Made by a program: the position numbers and the translations under genes. The notes below the pieces were generated by a model. The model had not been told where the DNA came from. It saw only the letters and a list, made by a program, of their open reading frames with translations, and ran no database searches. From a virus: 64,000 bases of DNA. Of this stretch, positions 18,301 through 27,910 are shown piece by piece (within the stretch, counting starts at the first letter, position 1; every line of letters starts with the position of its first letter). Where the stretch lies: positions 3,012 through 67,011 of the IMG/VR virus record IMGVR_UViG_3300046096_000916, one strand, 5' to 3'.

Positions 18301-21300
18301 TGTAAACTTCTGAGGAAACCACGCATATCAACAAATTGCTGTTTCCCTAAATCTTTTAAAGCTAATTGAGATGTTAACTCTTGTAACTTAGAATTTTCGT
18401 ACTCATTGCGATTTTCTTGTCTTCTCTTTAGTGCAACAATAACATCTTGAGTTCCTTCGGGGGCTTTTTTCTCTACATCGTTAAGGGTACTTAATTTCGC
18501 ATCGGTTAATTTGGTAACGTTGTCTCCTAAAGCCCCAAATAAAGTTAACAGTGAGTCTGTAGCACGTTTATCAGTAGTTTCATTTATTATCTTCGTACTT
18601 TCAGTATATTCAGCTTCTAATCTTTTTGTCTCTTTCTGTGCGTTAGTTAATTCTAATTCTGCATTTTTACGTTGATAACTAAGTGCGTCTGAATAGCCTG
18701 TACTGAGTTGATTCCCTACTATTCCTTTTTTATCTTGAGTAATTTCTTTTTGCAATAAGAATTTACTCGCTTCTACCCTTGAGGCGAAACGGGATAATGT
18801 TTGAGTTAAAGTCAACATTCCTGTGCTACTATCTTGTAAAGCATCATTCATGTCTTCTATTTTCTTTTTAATTTCAGGGATAATCTTATCTAATTCTGCG
18901 GAGACTATCGCAAAAGTTCCGCCAAAATCTGTCCCACTTTTCACTTTCTCATCAACAAAAAGTTTTTGATTTTCTAGGTTGGTTAATATATCCTGATAAG
19001 AAGTAGGATAAAATTGTTTATTTAAAGCTGTTAACTCAGCTGTTTTAATTTGATTTTCTTTTTTTAACTTTCCCATCGTCTCATTACTGTTCGGTAAGCC
19101 ACTATCTTTTAACCCAGCTATTGTTATGGCATTAGCTAGAATATCAGCGTTTAGCTTACCAGCTTTTTCTAAATATTCTTTTTGACCCCCGTTATTTTGT
19201 TCATATCGGATGACCAACTCATATTCTTTTATCGTTTTATCAAAAGATCTTTGTAAAACAATTGCTTGACCGATACTATCTGTTTCTTTTTGACTAGCTT
19301 GTCCAAACCAACCACGACCAATATTATCTTTTTTATTTCCATCCATCCAAGCAAACATATTTCCAAACCAACCACGATCTATATTTGTATTCCCCTCCTC
19401 ATCCTTCTCTGGATTTTTCCCGTCTTTTTTATCTTGCTCAGCTTTCTGTGTTTTCGCTAATTCTCTGGTAGCTTTTTCCATGCGTTCTAATCCAGCAGTG
19501 GCTTGGGCTGCTAAATCTTTGGTAGCCTCTAATCTAGTAAAGAGGTTTGAAACAAAGTCAACTACCATCATAATAGGGATCAATGGCAAGAATTTCATTA
19601 AAGTAACTTTAAAACTATTTACTAATGTCGTTAAAGTAGTAAATAGTCCTTTAGCTCCTTTTGCTATATTTGCAAACAAACCGAAACTACTCGCTTGTAG
19701 GGACGTTAACCCGGCTTCTGTACTTATACGGAAATCAAACCATAACAATTTTAGGTTATTCATGAACAAGGCAAAAGCTGACATTATATTAGTTAGGGCT
19801 ACACGGATAGTTGCTTCGATCACTGGTGCGAAAAACAAAGTTGTTAATGCAATTCCAGCCTTAACAATTTCTTCGGTAAATTGTATAAATAGATTAATAG
19901 CAGCAGTAACTCCAGTTATTAATGGTTTTGTAAAATCTATCATCCCAGACCCTAAAGCTATTTTGAGATTTTCAATTGCATTCTCTAATTGAGTTAATTT
20001 TACAGCCCCTGTATCTAAAGCCCCCTCCATAAAAGGATCAGCTTCTTTATTCATCTGAGTAGTAAACTTAGGTAAAAATTCATCAGAAAAGATTTTACCT
20101 GCAGCTACCTCTGACATTAACTGTGTAGTGGTCATATTCATAGCACGAGCGGCTAGGGGTAACGCACCGGGTAACGCTTCACCTAATTGACCATTTAACT
20201 CTTCCATCGAAACTTTACCCTTGTTTGCAATCTGAGTTAAAGCTACTAATGCACGAGAAGTCCCTTCCGCATTTACTCCCCTCACTGTCAATCCTTTTTG
20301 AATACCCTCAAACATAGGGAGGGCGGAGTCTTCCATCTGTACACCTTGAAGCCCTAAAGCAAACTGTGCGAATTGTTGGGTAGTGGTTTTGACACTTTGA
20401 CCTAGTTTATCTGTTTGTTTTCTAATCTGTTCTAATTGTGTAATCCCTGTTACCTGTCCAAAAGTAAATCTAAATTGATTTGTCTGTGATTCGAAATCTA
20501 AGGCCGCTTGAAAAGTCGTTCTGAATAACTCTTGTACTTTCTGGACTGTAGCTTGTACTGTTGCTGTGATAGCTTTGCCCAATAAGTTTAATCCGATAGG
20601 AGCTACAAAGGCTAGAACCCCTATTTGTAAACCTATTCTCTTAAATACATTTTCCAATGATTGTAGAAAAGGATATTTCGACTTTAAATTGTCTAATTGA
20701 TTTCCTAAAGAAGTAAAAACAGTACCAGCTAGTTTTTTCATCTCAGTAAGGACGGTTTTAAATTTATCAAAGGCTGAAACTGTATCAGGTTCAATTACTG
20801 GTACTTCAGTTTCATAAATACTATTTATATCTGCTAAACTTCCGCTTTGTTGAATCTCAAATACTTTCTTGCGAGAAGTCTCTTTAATATTTTTTTGTTC
20901 TCCTAGTGATGTGGTCAATTTAGATTCAGCCGACTCTAAGTTACTTATCTCAGCTAATCTTCGTTGTTCTAATCTGATAATCTCATTTAAGTCTTGTCTT
21001 TCTTTTGCCTTAGCTTGGTTTTTTAATTTAGTGTATCTATTTTCGACATTTTCTTTTTTCTTCCCTATCGATTGTAATTTATTTTCGATAGCCAATATCT
21101 CTTGTGTACTCGCCTCATAAATACTTAGATTAGAAGTAATACTATTAGCTGTTTCAATGGTCGATTGTTTCAGCTCTTCATTGGCAATTTGTATTTTCTC
21201 TGCTAAACTATCTAACCCATCCGTTAACGTATCAAATCCTCTTAAATATTCTGCTACTTGGGCTTCTGTATCAAAGTCACCCAAGAGGATAGCTACCTCT

Positions 21301-24300
21301 CCTAATTCTTTTTTATATTTACTTTCTACATTTTTAATATCCTGTAGTTGTTTTGCTCTCATTTTAAGATAAGATTTATAGCCATCTTCTAAAGTTTTAG
21401 CTTCAGTTATTTTATTTTGTGCTATTAATCTTTTATAGTCACTATCATATTTAGCTTTGACCGATTTAATATCAGTAATAAAATTTGTTTTATTTGCTAC
21501 ATTTTCAGTACGAGAAGATTGAATATCATCAACAGTCGCTTTTTTATCATAAATATTAACTAAAGTCCTAGTAGCCTGTTGTTTATTTTCTTCGAAAGTT
21601 GGCATTTGAAAATTATCAAAGTCTAATGCAACTCTAGCCTCTTTCCCTACTAATGCTAATTTTTCTATTTGTGCGATAACTGATTCAGGTACTTTCAAAT
21701 TCCGTAATGACTCGCTGTCAAGGTTTAATATATTCACCATTGAATCTTGAAAACTATCAGCCATTGTCTCAAAATCATTAAATCCTTTCGTAGCATCGAC
21801 AATAAAAGAATTAAGATTTCTACGAGCTTCTACAGGTAAAGTATTTAATGCTTTTTGGACGTTAGGATTAACTTTAAAGTTTTGGGTGAGATTCCCCAAT
21901 GTCACTTTATATCTGTACATTAATTTTTCTACTTCTTGAAAATATTTTACGATCGCCCTTTTATCTAAAGTCCCGTCTTGTTGTTTAAAAGCTGGAGGCG
22001 TTGCCAATTTTGCTGCAATCTCTTTTTTAATTGCAGACATTTCTTTTATCTCTTGCCTTACTTGTTTAAAAGATGCGTTTTCTCTTCTATTTAAGACACC
22101 TCCGAAACTATTTATGACTGAGTCTACATCAGTAGCCCCCATGATCTTTAATCTATTAAATCCAGTGTTTAGTTTCTCAATAGCTTTATCTACATCAGCC
22201 GTATCTTTTAGATTAATCCCAAGTAGATCATATAATTTAACTTCCCCACGATCAATCATATCATCTGCAAAATTTCCTAATTTCGCTTTCAAATTATTAG
22301 CTAAATCATTCCCAAAATCTAGTCCTGTTATTTTTACCCCATTCAAAACATCGGTCAAGTTTCTAAAACTTCTCTCGGATTCCTTAGTCATTCCTTGCAT
22401 AGAAACGCCTACAGACTTAGTGGTTTCCTTCCATCTATTTCTAATATCTTGAGTTAAACCAGGTGAACCTTCCGCTAGATTATGTAGTATTTTATAACCC
22501 TCTGTTTTCGAGACTTTAGACATCTCTCTAACAACTTTTTTAAAATAGTTGCCAGTTTCGCCCCAACGGTCATCTATGTTCTCTATTTCAGAATGCAATT
22601 CGGCAAAAGGATTTTCCCCTCCATTCAAATTAATAGCGTCCCACTCAGATTCGATCTCCGCAATTACTCCTTTCAAAGACGCAGGATTTAATTCGATCTT
22701 ATCTATCAATAAAGGCAATAAATCACTATTTGACTGAATACTAGTTAAAGGAACTTCAGCTATTTTCGCTATATTTCTAGTTCCTTTTCTATCAAGGCTC
22801 AGTATTGCTTTATTCAAGGCAACAAATAATTTTCTGAAATAAATTTCTTCTTGTTTAGTATCATCTTTTCCCGTCTTATACTCTCCTTTTTCAGATAAAG
22901 CGGGGCTGTCATTGTCAGGATTAGAAAAATCTATATTTTGAGTATCGATTGATTTTTCTTTTGATTTTAGGAAAGGAATACTATTTAATTTTTCTTTTAA
23001 ATTATTGAATAGATTAGATAGACCTTGTAACGATTTATTTATTATTTCCCCAGTCGTTTGTACTTTATCCTCTAGTAGAGTGAAAATACCAGAAAATAAT
23101 GTTGTAGAAGTCTCGATACCTGATCTGATTCCTGCAACGCTTTTAGTAAAGAATAAGATTGTTTTATTTATATTTTTGATAAGTGTAACAATAAAGGTAT
23201 TGTTATTAAGTTTATCCATTATTTTGAACTTATCTTCAAGATTAGCTAATTCTTCACTGATTGTATCAGCCAACGTAATAGCAACTTCTTTGATTACATT
23301 GAACAAAACAGGACCTAATAACAAAGAACCTTGCTTGATAAAAATATAAGAAGATTTAGTTAATAATTTGACTATTCTAGCCCAAGATTTATCACTATCT
23401 TTAAAAGCAATATTAAGATTTTTGGCTGAAGTTTCGATCACATTTTCAAAACTGAAATCAAATGTACTTATCTTAGTAGCTAAAGCACTCATTTTAGCTT
23501 TTATCTCGATAAGATTCGAATATATCTCATCGGAGATCGCCATAATTTCAGTCAAAGGATTTGTTATTTTCTCTAAAATATTATTAATATTACGGAATAA
23601 TTCAACAATATTGATAGACACTAACGTTTGAAATTCGTCTATATTTTCTTTTATTGTTGTTTTATTTTGTGTTATTGCATTTGCCAGATCAATACTATCA
23701 ATAAAAGATTTGAAAAAGATTTTATATTTTCTGATCTGACTAATTACAAAACCATAAAACGTCACCAATGTTTTATGGACAACATTGAGTGATTCTTGGT
23801 ATTTTATCTTTTGTAGCTCAGTATTGATCCCAGAAAATAATTTATCTATTGCTTCATTCATTTTATTAATAGCCGTGCTAAATACGCTATTAAGATCAAA
23901 TGAATTTCTTTTCACTACTGTACTTTTATCTTGATTATCTTCACTTACAATTGTTTCATCATTTATTTTTGTAGTTTTATTATCTACACTTTCAGGAATA
24001 GTTAGACTATCATTTAATGATTTAAAGATAGCTTTATAACTTTTGATTTGAGTAATTATGTGACCATAAAAAGACTGTAGAGTTTTATTTATGACCAGTA
24101 AAGGTTTTTTAAATTCTATTTTTTGTAGTTCCGTATTAATACCAGTAAATAGTTTATTGATACTTAAACTTATTTGTTTAATCGTCTTACTCAATACACT
24201 ATTAATATCAAATGAATTTACCTTAGTTTCCTTACTTTCATCTTGAGTATTCTCTTTAACATTCTCCTCAATAATATTTTTTGTAGCTACTTGTTTACTT

Positions 24301-27300
24301 TCAGTAGTCACATTTTCAGAAATGGTTAGGCTATCACTAAATGATTTAAAGATAGCTTTATAACTTTTTACTTGAGTAATTATGTGACCATAAAAAGACT
24401 GTAGAGTTTTATTTATGACCAGTAAAGGTTTTTTAAATTCTATTTTTTGTAGTTCCGTATTAATACCAGTAAATAGTTTATTGATACTTAAACTTATTTG
24501 TTTAATCGTCTTACTCAATACACTATTAATATCAAATGAATTTACCTTAGTTTCCTTACTTTCATCTTGAGTATTCTCTTTAACATTCTCCTCAATAATA
24601 TTTTTTGTAGCTACTTGTTTACTTTCAGTAGTCACATTTTCAGAAATGGTTAGGCTATCACTAAATGATTTAAAGATAGCTTTATAACTTTTTACTTGAG
24701 TAATTATGTGACCATAAAAAGACTGTAGAGTTTTATTTATGACCAGTAAAGGTTTTTTAAATTCTATTTTTTGTAGTTCCGTATTAATACCAGTAAATAG
24801 TTTATTGATACTTAGACTTATTTGTTTAATCGTCTTACTCAATACACTATTGAGATCAAATGATTTCAATATATCTAATTTCGTATTTATTTCTCCTTTT
24901 ATTCCCTCGAAATCTGGCAACTCTGGTAATTCTATTTTGTTAGTAATATCTTCTTTTACTGCAGTAGCATTCTCTCCAATCTTATTTTTAATAGCGTTCG
25001 CTTTGTTTCCTATCGAATCAGTAAAACTCCCTAATAGACTTTTACTTGCATCTGCTAAATTATTAAATTTAATTCCTTTTATTCTAGCCTCAATATCTGT
25101 TACTATTTTTCCTATATTCACAAAAGCATCAGAAAAAGATTTCGCTAAAAATCCACCTATTTTTTTTGATGGTGCTACTAATCTAATCATTTGTTTAATC
25201 AGATAGTCAGCAGTTTTTAGCCAATGTTTTCTTATTTTCTCAGTCGGACCAGGTGAATTTTCAGCTATATTATGTGTGAGATTGTCACCAACATTTTCGG
25301 AGACAGCTAAAAGTCTATTTAATGTCGCTACAATATCATCTCCTGCCTCAGCCCATTTCCCACTAGTCTCCTCTGCTGATTCTTCTAAGCCCTCACTATT
25401 TACATTAGAAGACTTTAATCTAGTAGAAGTCACTCCCCCACTTAAATCTGGGGCGTAATCTTTATGTCTATCCAATGCTAATTTTTCCCAGTTTTTTACT
25501 AAAAAACTGGCTATTCCGTTCAATTTCTCAAAATCATCTGCTTCTGTTAAATTAGATATTATATCTTGCAGCTCGGATCGTACAGTATTTACCGGTTTAG
25601 CTTTATTCCCTTGTTTAAAATCTAATCCCAAGTCAAGCGAAGCGTTCAGAAGACTTATTCCCCCTTCTACTGCTGTTTTTTCTCCGACTCTCCCCCCACC
25701 TTTTTGCCTCAATAAATTAACAATAGGGATTAAAGCCATACCAATTGTTTTAGCCGTTATGGGGGCTACTAAAGGGATATTATTTTCAGCCAAAGGATTG
25801 TTCAGATTATTCTCATTTTCTGTAGTACCTATAATTCCTTGTCCACTAATTAGATTATTTTCATTTTCTGTAGTGCCTACAATGCCTTGATCACTAAGAA
25901 GAGTATTCGTCTGTTTTAATTCTAATAAAATATTTTGTAGTATATCTTCCGTTGTAATAGGGGTATCTTTTTCTACTTGTTTAAATAAATCTTTAAAAGA
26001 TATCCCCGCTATTTTTTCCGAAAACTTTAGCATTTTGTCAAAAAGATTTGTCTGCCCCGCCCGAGTAAAAATTGACCCTAGCTTCCCAGTAGGGTCAACC
26101 GTATTTTGTCGCCTCTGCCCAAACAATGGATGAGGCGCACCCTGTCCGAAAGCCTGTTCTCTAAACTTATTCATTCTTCCCCATTGAGAAGCAATGAAGA
26201 CCCCTAATGGGTCTGTTTGAGTATAGTTAATAGCTTTTTCTTTTACTTTGGTAGCTAAAACTGGGAACGATTTTGTGACAGAAGCCGCAATAAATCCTAA
26301 TCGTGATCCTTGATCTTGTTTCTCTTGGTTTGTTTTACCACCTAAAACCCGATCATAAGTTTTCTTGAAAGGAATAATCGTCAAGTTCGCAAAAAGGCTA
26401 CCGGCTTGAGATAATGCTCCTGCAAACATTTTGGCTGGACTTGTGACGATTTTATTTGCAGTGCCTACTAACGATTTCCCTATTGCCCTCCCGAAAGTTA
26501 CCGCTGTACCTTGTATTATTACTCTCTTTAATTCTTTTAGTGTATGATGAATCAATTCGGCCGTTTTCACTTCACGGTAAGTACTAAAAAGTACTGAATC
26601 TAATTTAGATAAATGTTTGTTAGCGGTACTAAAAAAAGAGGAAAACATCCCGTTCTGTTCTGCTAAACTACCTGTTAAAGCTTCTAAACTTCTCCCCATT
26701 GTGAATGAACCTAATAGCAATCCTTCTAATTGTTTTGTAGGTAATTTCTCGGCGATTAAAGTTTCAGTACCTCTTTCTGCGATACGTGGCACTATTTTTT
26801 TAGCTATGCCATTCGCTTTTTCTCCCAGTAATACTTCAGCTCCTTTTTCTGCTAATTTAGGCCCCATTTTCAAAATCAAATATTCCCCTAATGACTGCCC
26901 GATATAACCTGTTACCCCTTTCCAGATAGAGCCAAATAAACTAGATCTATTTGCTTTTGCAAATTTATCACTAGAAATTCCGAAGCTATTAACTGCCTTT
27001 TGAAAAAACCCGATAACATTTAATTGTCTTGCAGATAATTTATGTTGAGTATTGAAAAACATTGTTAATTCTTTTTTCATTACCCCAGTCACTACGGTGG
27101 GAACTAACATCGAAGAGGCTAGGATTTTTTTATCTTCTTTTTTTGCTTCTTCTTTAGGCTTTGTATTTTTTTCATTATCAGCCGTTAGTAAATCAGGTTC
27201 TGATAATTCAGCGACAATATCGGCGATCGCATCGACTTGTGTCAAGCTTTTAACTTCTTTATCAATTCTCTCTAATGGTTTTACTTCTATTTCTTGTGTC

Positions 27301-27848
27301 AAAGCAATAGGTATCTCAAATTTATTTTTTGCATCTGACAATTCAGATTCTAAGTCTTGTAACGTTACACCTGCACCGCCATTATCTGTATTTGGACGTA
27401 ACGGTTTTTTTGCCATGTGTCCATTCAGATTATCCCAGTGTTGTTGCTTCAAATCAAGATGTTTATTTAATTCTTCTAATGGCTTGTGATCTACTACTGG
27501 CAAAATAACTTTATTATTTAAAGCCTCATACTGAGCCATGATAGTAGATAGATCAACTGCTGGATTTCCTATATTCGTCTCAAGTCGTGGTTGCTCTATC
27601 GTTTCATTTCTCTTCGTATTTATTGTGATCTCATTATCTTGTTTTTGAATATCAGACAAGGTCTTGTTAAAAGCCGTATCATCGACAGCTAATTTTGTTT
27701 TAAGTATAGGTGGCGTTATTTTTTTTGTATCTAATTTTATTGTAGTATCAATTTTCTGTAACACTTTTTTCATCTCAGCTACCTGTTGATTGAACTGTGT
27801 TACATCTAACTTCGCCGTCCATTGTACGCTACCAACATCTAATACCAC
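12300..27848 (-). CDS. giant tail tape-measure protein with lysozyme, amidase and M23 domains (5182 aa)
   Basis: N-terminal LDVGSV..AKLDVTQFNQ; tape-measure domain ALTQIANKGKVSMEELNGQLGEALPGA (about 19950-20505); FxxGG C-terminal repeats; lies downstream of tail chaperones and major tail gene. Confidence 0.92.
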   Translation of the reverse strand: MVLDVGSVQWTAKLDVTQFNQQVAEMKKVLQKIDTTIKLDTKKITPPILKTKLAVDDTAFNKTLSDIQKQDNEITINTKRNETIEQPRLETNIGNPAVDLSTIMAQYEALNNKVILPVVDHKPLEELNKHLDLKQQHWDNLNGHMAKKPLRPNTDNGGAGVTLQDLESELSDAKNKFEIPIALTQEIEVKPLERIDKEVKSLTQVDAIADIVAELSEPDLLTADNEKNTKPKEEAKKEDKKILASSMLVPTVVTGVMKKELTMFFNTQHKLSARQLNVIGFFQKAVNSFGISSDKFAKANRSSLFGSIWKGVTGYIGQSLGEYLILKMGPKLAEKGAEVLLGEKANGIAKKIVPRIAERGTETLIAEKLPTKQLEGLLLGSFTMGRSLEALTGSLAEQNGMFSSFFSTANKHLSKLDSVLFSTYREVKTAELIHHTLKELKRVIIQGTAVTFGRAIGKSLVGTANKIVTSPAKMFAGALSQAGSLFANLTIIPFKKTYDRVLGGKTNQEKQDQGSRLGFIAASVTKSFPVLATKVKEKAINYTQTDPLGVFIASQWGRMNKFREQAFGQGAPHPLFGQRRQNTVDPTGKLGSIFTRAGQTNLFDKMLKFSEKIAGISFKDLFKQVEKDTPITTEDILQNILLELKQTNTLLSDQGIVGTTENENNLISGQGIIGTTENENNLNNPLAENNIPLVAPITAKTIGMALIPIVNLLRQKGGGRVGEKTAVEGGISLLNASLDLGLDFKQGNKAKPVNTVRSELQDIISNLTEADDFEKLNGIASFLVKNWEKLALDRHKDYAPDLSGGVTSTRLKSSNVNSEGLEESAEETSGKWAEAGDDIVATLNRLLAVSENVGDNLTHNIAENSPGPTEKIRKHWLKTADYLIKQMIRLVAPSKKIGGFLAKSFSDAFVNIGKIVTDIEARIKGIKFNNLADASKSLLGSFTDSIGNKANAIKNKIGENATAVKEDITNKIELPELPDFEGIKGEINTKLDILKSFDLNSVLSKTIKQISLSINKLFTGINTELQKIEFKKPLLVINKTLQSFYGHIITQVKSYKAIFKSFSDSLTISENVTTESKQVATKNIIEENVKENTQDESKETKVNSFDINSVLSKTIKQISLSINKLFTGINTELQKIEFKKPLLVINKTLQSFYGHIITQVKSYKAIFKSFSDSLTISENVTTESKQVATKNIIEENVKENTQDESKETKVNSFDINSVLSKTIKQISLSINKLFTGINTELQKIEFKKPLLVINKTLQSFYGHIITQIKSYKAIFKSLNDSLTIPESVDNKTTKINDETIVSEDNQDKSTVVKRNSFDLNSVFSTAINKMNEAIDKLFSGINTELQKIKYQESLNVVHKTLVTFYGFVISQIRKYKIFFKSFIDSIDLANAITQNKTTIKENIDEFQTLVSINIVELFRNINNILEKITNPLTEIMAISDEIYSNLIEIKAKMSALATKISTFDFSFENVIETSAKNLNIAFKDSDKSWARIVKLLTKSSYIFIKQGSLLLGPVLFNVIKEVAITLADTISEELANLEDKFKIMDKLNNNTFIVTLIKNINKTILFFTKSVAGIRSGIETSTTLFSGIFTLLEDKVQTTGEIINKSLQGLSNLFNNLKEKLNSIPFLKSKEKSIDTQNIDFSNPDNDSPALSEKGEYKTGKDDTKQEEIYFRKLFVALNKAILSLDRKGTRNIAKIAEVPLTSIQSNSDLLPLLIDKIELNPASLKGVIAEIESEWDAINLNGGENPFAELHSEIENIDDRWGETGNYFKKVVREMSKVSKTEGYKILHNLAEGSPGLTQDIRNRWKETTKSVGVSMQGMTKESERSFRNLTDVLNGVKITGLDFGNDLANNLKAKLGNFADDMIDRGEVKLYDLLGINLKDTADVDKAIEKLNTGFNRLKIMGATDVDSVINSFGGVLNRRENASFKQVRQEIKEMSAIKKEIAAKLATPPAFKQQDGTLDKRAIVKYFQEVEKLMYRYKVTLGNLTQNFKVNPNVQKALNTLPVEARRNLNSFIVDATKGFNDFETMADSFQDSMVNILNLDSESLRNLKVPESVIAQIEKLALVGKEARVALDFDNFQMPTFEENKQQATRTLVNIYDKKATVDDIQSSRTENVANKTNFITDIKSVKAKYDSDYKRLIAQNKITEAKTLEDGYKSYLKMRAKQLQDIKNVESKYKKELGEVAILLGDFDTEAQVAEYLRGFDTLTDGLDSLAEKIQIANEELKQSTIETANSITSNLSIYEASTQEILAIENKLQSIGKKKENVENRYTKLKNQAKAKERQDLNEIIRLEQRRLAEISNLESAESKLTTSLGEQKNIKETSRKKVFEIQQSGSLADINSIYETEVPVIEPDTVSAFDKFKTVLTEMKKLAGTVFTSLGNQLDNLKSKYPFLQSLENVFKRIGLQIGVLAFVAPIGLNLLGKAITATVQATVQKVQELFRTTFQAALDFESQTNQFRFTFGQVTGITQLEQIRKQTDKLGQSVKTTTQQFAQFALGLQGVQMEDSALPMFEGIQKGLTVRGVNAEGTSRALVALTQIANKGKVSMEELNGQLGEALPGALPLAARAMNMTTTQLMSEVAAGKIFSDEFLPKFTTQMNKEADPFMEGALDTGAVKLTQLENAIENLKIALGSGMIDFTKPLITGVTAAINLFIQFTEEIVKAGIALTTLFFAPVIEATIRVALTNIMSAFALFMNNLKLLWFDFRISTEAGLTSLQASSFGLFANIAKGAKGLFTTLTTLVNSFKVTLMKFLPLIPIMMVVDFVSNLFTRLEATKDLAAQATAGLERMEKATRELAKTQKAEQDKKDGKNPEKDEEGNTNIDRGWFGNMFAWMDGNKKDNIGRGWFGQASQKETDSIGQAIVLQRSFDKTIKEYELVIRYEQNNGGQKEYLEKAGKLNADILANAITIAGLKDSGLPNSNETMGKLKKENQIKTAELTALNKQFYPTSYQDILTNLENQKLFVDEKVKSGTDFGGTFAIVSAELDKIIPEIKKKIEDMNDALQDSSTGMLTLTQTLSRFASRVEASKFLLQKEITQDKKGIVGNQLSTGYSDALSYQRKNAELELTNAQKETKRLEAEYTESTKIINETTDKRATDSLLTLFGALGDNVTKLTDAKLSTLNDVEKKAPEGTQDVIVALKRRQENRNEYENSKLQELTSQLALKDLGKQQFVDMRGFLRSLQDLDITVRDYFRDRARSLYDMRIRLEDASIQNQRGERDLVESYQDLITSLKTQLLTTANEITKITSELTRRTSINKLRAGLEFGQKGFLADFITLFEGIQTSETDVRNETLTLDEQRLAIATEMVGIAKQIRGLEEQVFDLARQRTAQEIELTRQFDDFQQSQTLAWRGIRNQSDDMVLQANTMGVNFKGIADSIGNINANYVDIHNNISKLAESVKQSVEQYQGQMESGGSYTGSGDGSSVGNFTFDRKLKVDPVKGAVDKVTTVAQREAFIIHILTTKYGMTLEQASAWAGTARKESTNDPYNVNSSSKATGLYQQTSTGGRKEAMLAYAPMTGFIFDDIEKQIDFAMKESKEMQGFKNLDDFKQQKTLSAMVNHILNNFLRPSMKERAFPEYQTYSQEALINAKARSANPPVTNTTNNQAKPTVNGKASGDNNNSSRNANRDKTTPIITSPTYTLTGMDLFRTKLAGQDNKNGQGLLGIASSIIRSQQSKSEANGVSEAALNKVLQVIYDKTTNKIVEVKIDKSAFIAMKDGEKKNTVRWFLEDTGFLKDLGDKDTKNISHKDFNSNTTTDTGRIKLVEERIKEAQKYNNNPTSPYHKIATPFVEQKRQTTPVITPQSKSKPTDSFIKEQPNNTFTKADIDRLTKENRNPLKNITGIFDQQKKDRDLLFEAIEKKLLEIKYDEKNNYDYLWKNLDIYNEENLKYGEVYEKYRGDKLAPFLFPNKNKQNNQSNLPQSNLPTSNLIASNFNPNVVSDMGGILPRQQQLPDLKLDTKAMNWLNQGIDINKPKDGIDLNFPASELMAQAVKTLPVLNKRNSNNQKSILINAGHQEPNGGGTNGTANGFNLNGRTLESVALEILAPILVEQLKNLGVPTQLFKSKETDRIKRSENFINQANKSNAFPLEIHLDANNGENGVIIGEKGKRNPLTNALQDEYGLNKFDSTRKDLTIPTRGGTLLELSAMDKEVSDMFLRAIKSGDFTEITKWSKQFAVGIKEAYNNVQAQNTNNKPVANNNQNKIVPVSIVAGPKDGTKYQGTASGPHLHLAAQRNGSYFNPKEYEKYIYANGKPLTSMRPSSDYGPRDTGIPGASTNHKGRDFGLLEGTVLSVDTSRLKPVDFGVAGGYGGVSYFEDLLTGVIVKFAHQSPKSQQLMNQAGAGGLNLPNVNGINGIQGGQTKWNQISKIGYNPSMVSQPGDAVLDFVDANSIIEQLVKEQKFSDNKEGVDQLAKLIRLKDEGRFNELLQEAQLLGIDLEQLKVYKNQLEALNQIQKQKSTQLENEAKLFDYATQIFDATRQAEDTFYGLNTQVKEFSLNAKGYLTFAEDATRQFDELTNKVRDMKRGLENFRLTIDTNLGFTDKDLSPEERVKKEEEAINNIKAEVEKAKNEGKITEEAGGRLLGVINDKTIPAREKLKLIREEISLLEQKVELGEKINLQSLAYKINYEQTLEKVKGLSDYLKQIAEYENKKNPLDMSGLFQSAVLEEQIRQLEMMKSFDDFMKEFEGTPEKIKELEALRSKLQEINKEKLSDITFEATLFSKALNEPFKNALGESLDTLMTGQKSFNDIAKDFLESIRKFFLNMSVEMIHNQAMKWIKGKFFKGLLPENIGQDEKSKSLLSSEDTPDINELVRVNNTLNLMLEALNRQSGAGVSEQYSDIGKGGMPTLYNPNSEIGIYNPYANLENATFSEDMKIDFTDATNVLTAGLSSSFGDIDAILTDTQVALQQGLISLVTMISSGGSSQGGGGFLGKLIGTGLNMAVGAIGGGVGLDLSGASTFGDFASPAGIDFSTGSFSPDLKAFKEGGQIKTQDIPNFKEGGIITEKIPKILNFMTGGEVKPEMIPNFKEGGSIGQKIPKLDTFAKGGSVKNKLESMVNLSLGISKAMKKEGANALPIVVSLNEQVLSQKNGDADFYRYLEKSGEWESLKTDYKYNRNIPNYLNGGSIGNPTTNTMNKSNSNMVVNNNSYVTVKATDVNSFRKSASLIAQEQKIAQTKDNRYT
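24016..24862. repeat. 324-bp (108-aa) near-perfect tandem repeat, about 2.6 copies, inside the tape-measure gene
   Basis: ATGATTTAAAGATAGC recurs at a 324-bp period (24017, 24341, 24665); a diverged copy lies at about 23690-23910. Confidence 0.95.
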
Positions 27849-27910
27849 AATAACACCTCATACATACTACTATTACTATCTTAACAAATACAGAAAAATG
27901 ACTGGCAAGT

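Noticed and set aside
12604-27489. Many plus-strand ORFs of 60-170 aa inside the tape-measure gene (and similar ones within tnpB, the S8 gene, the MTase, nrdB and the recombinase)
   Set aside because: Antisense shadows of long, well-supported genes with no recognisable motifs
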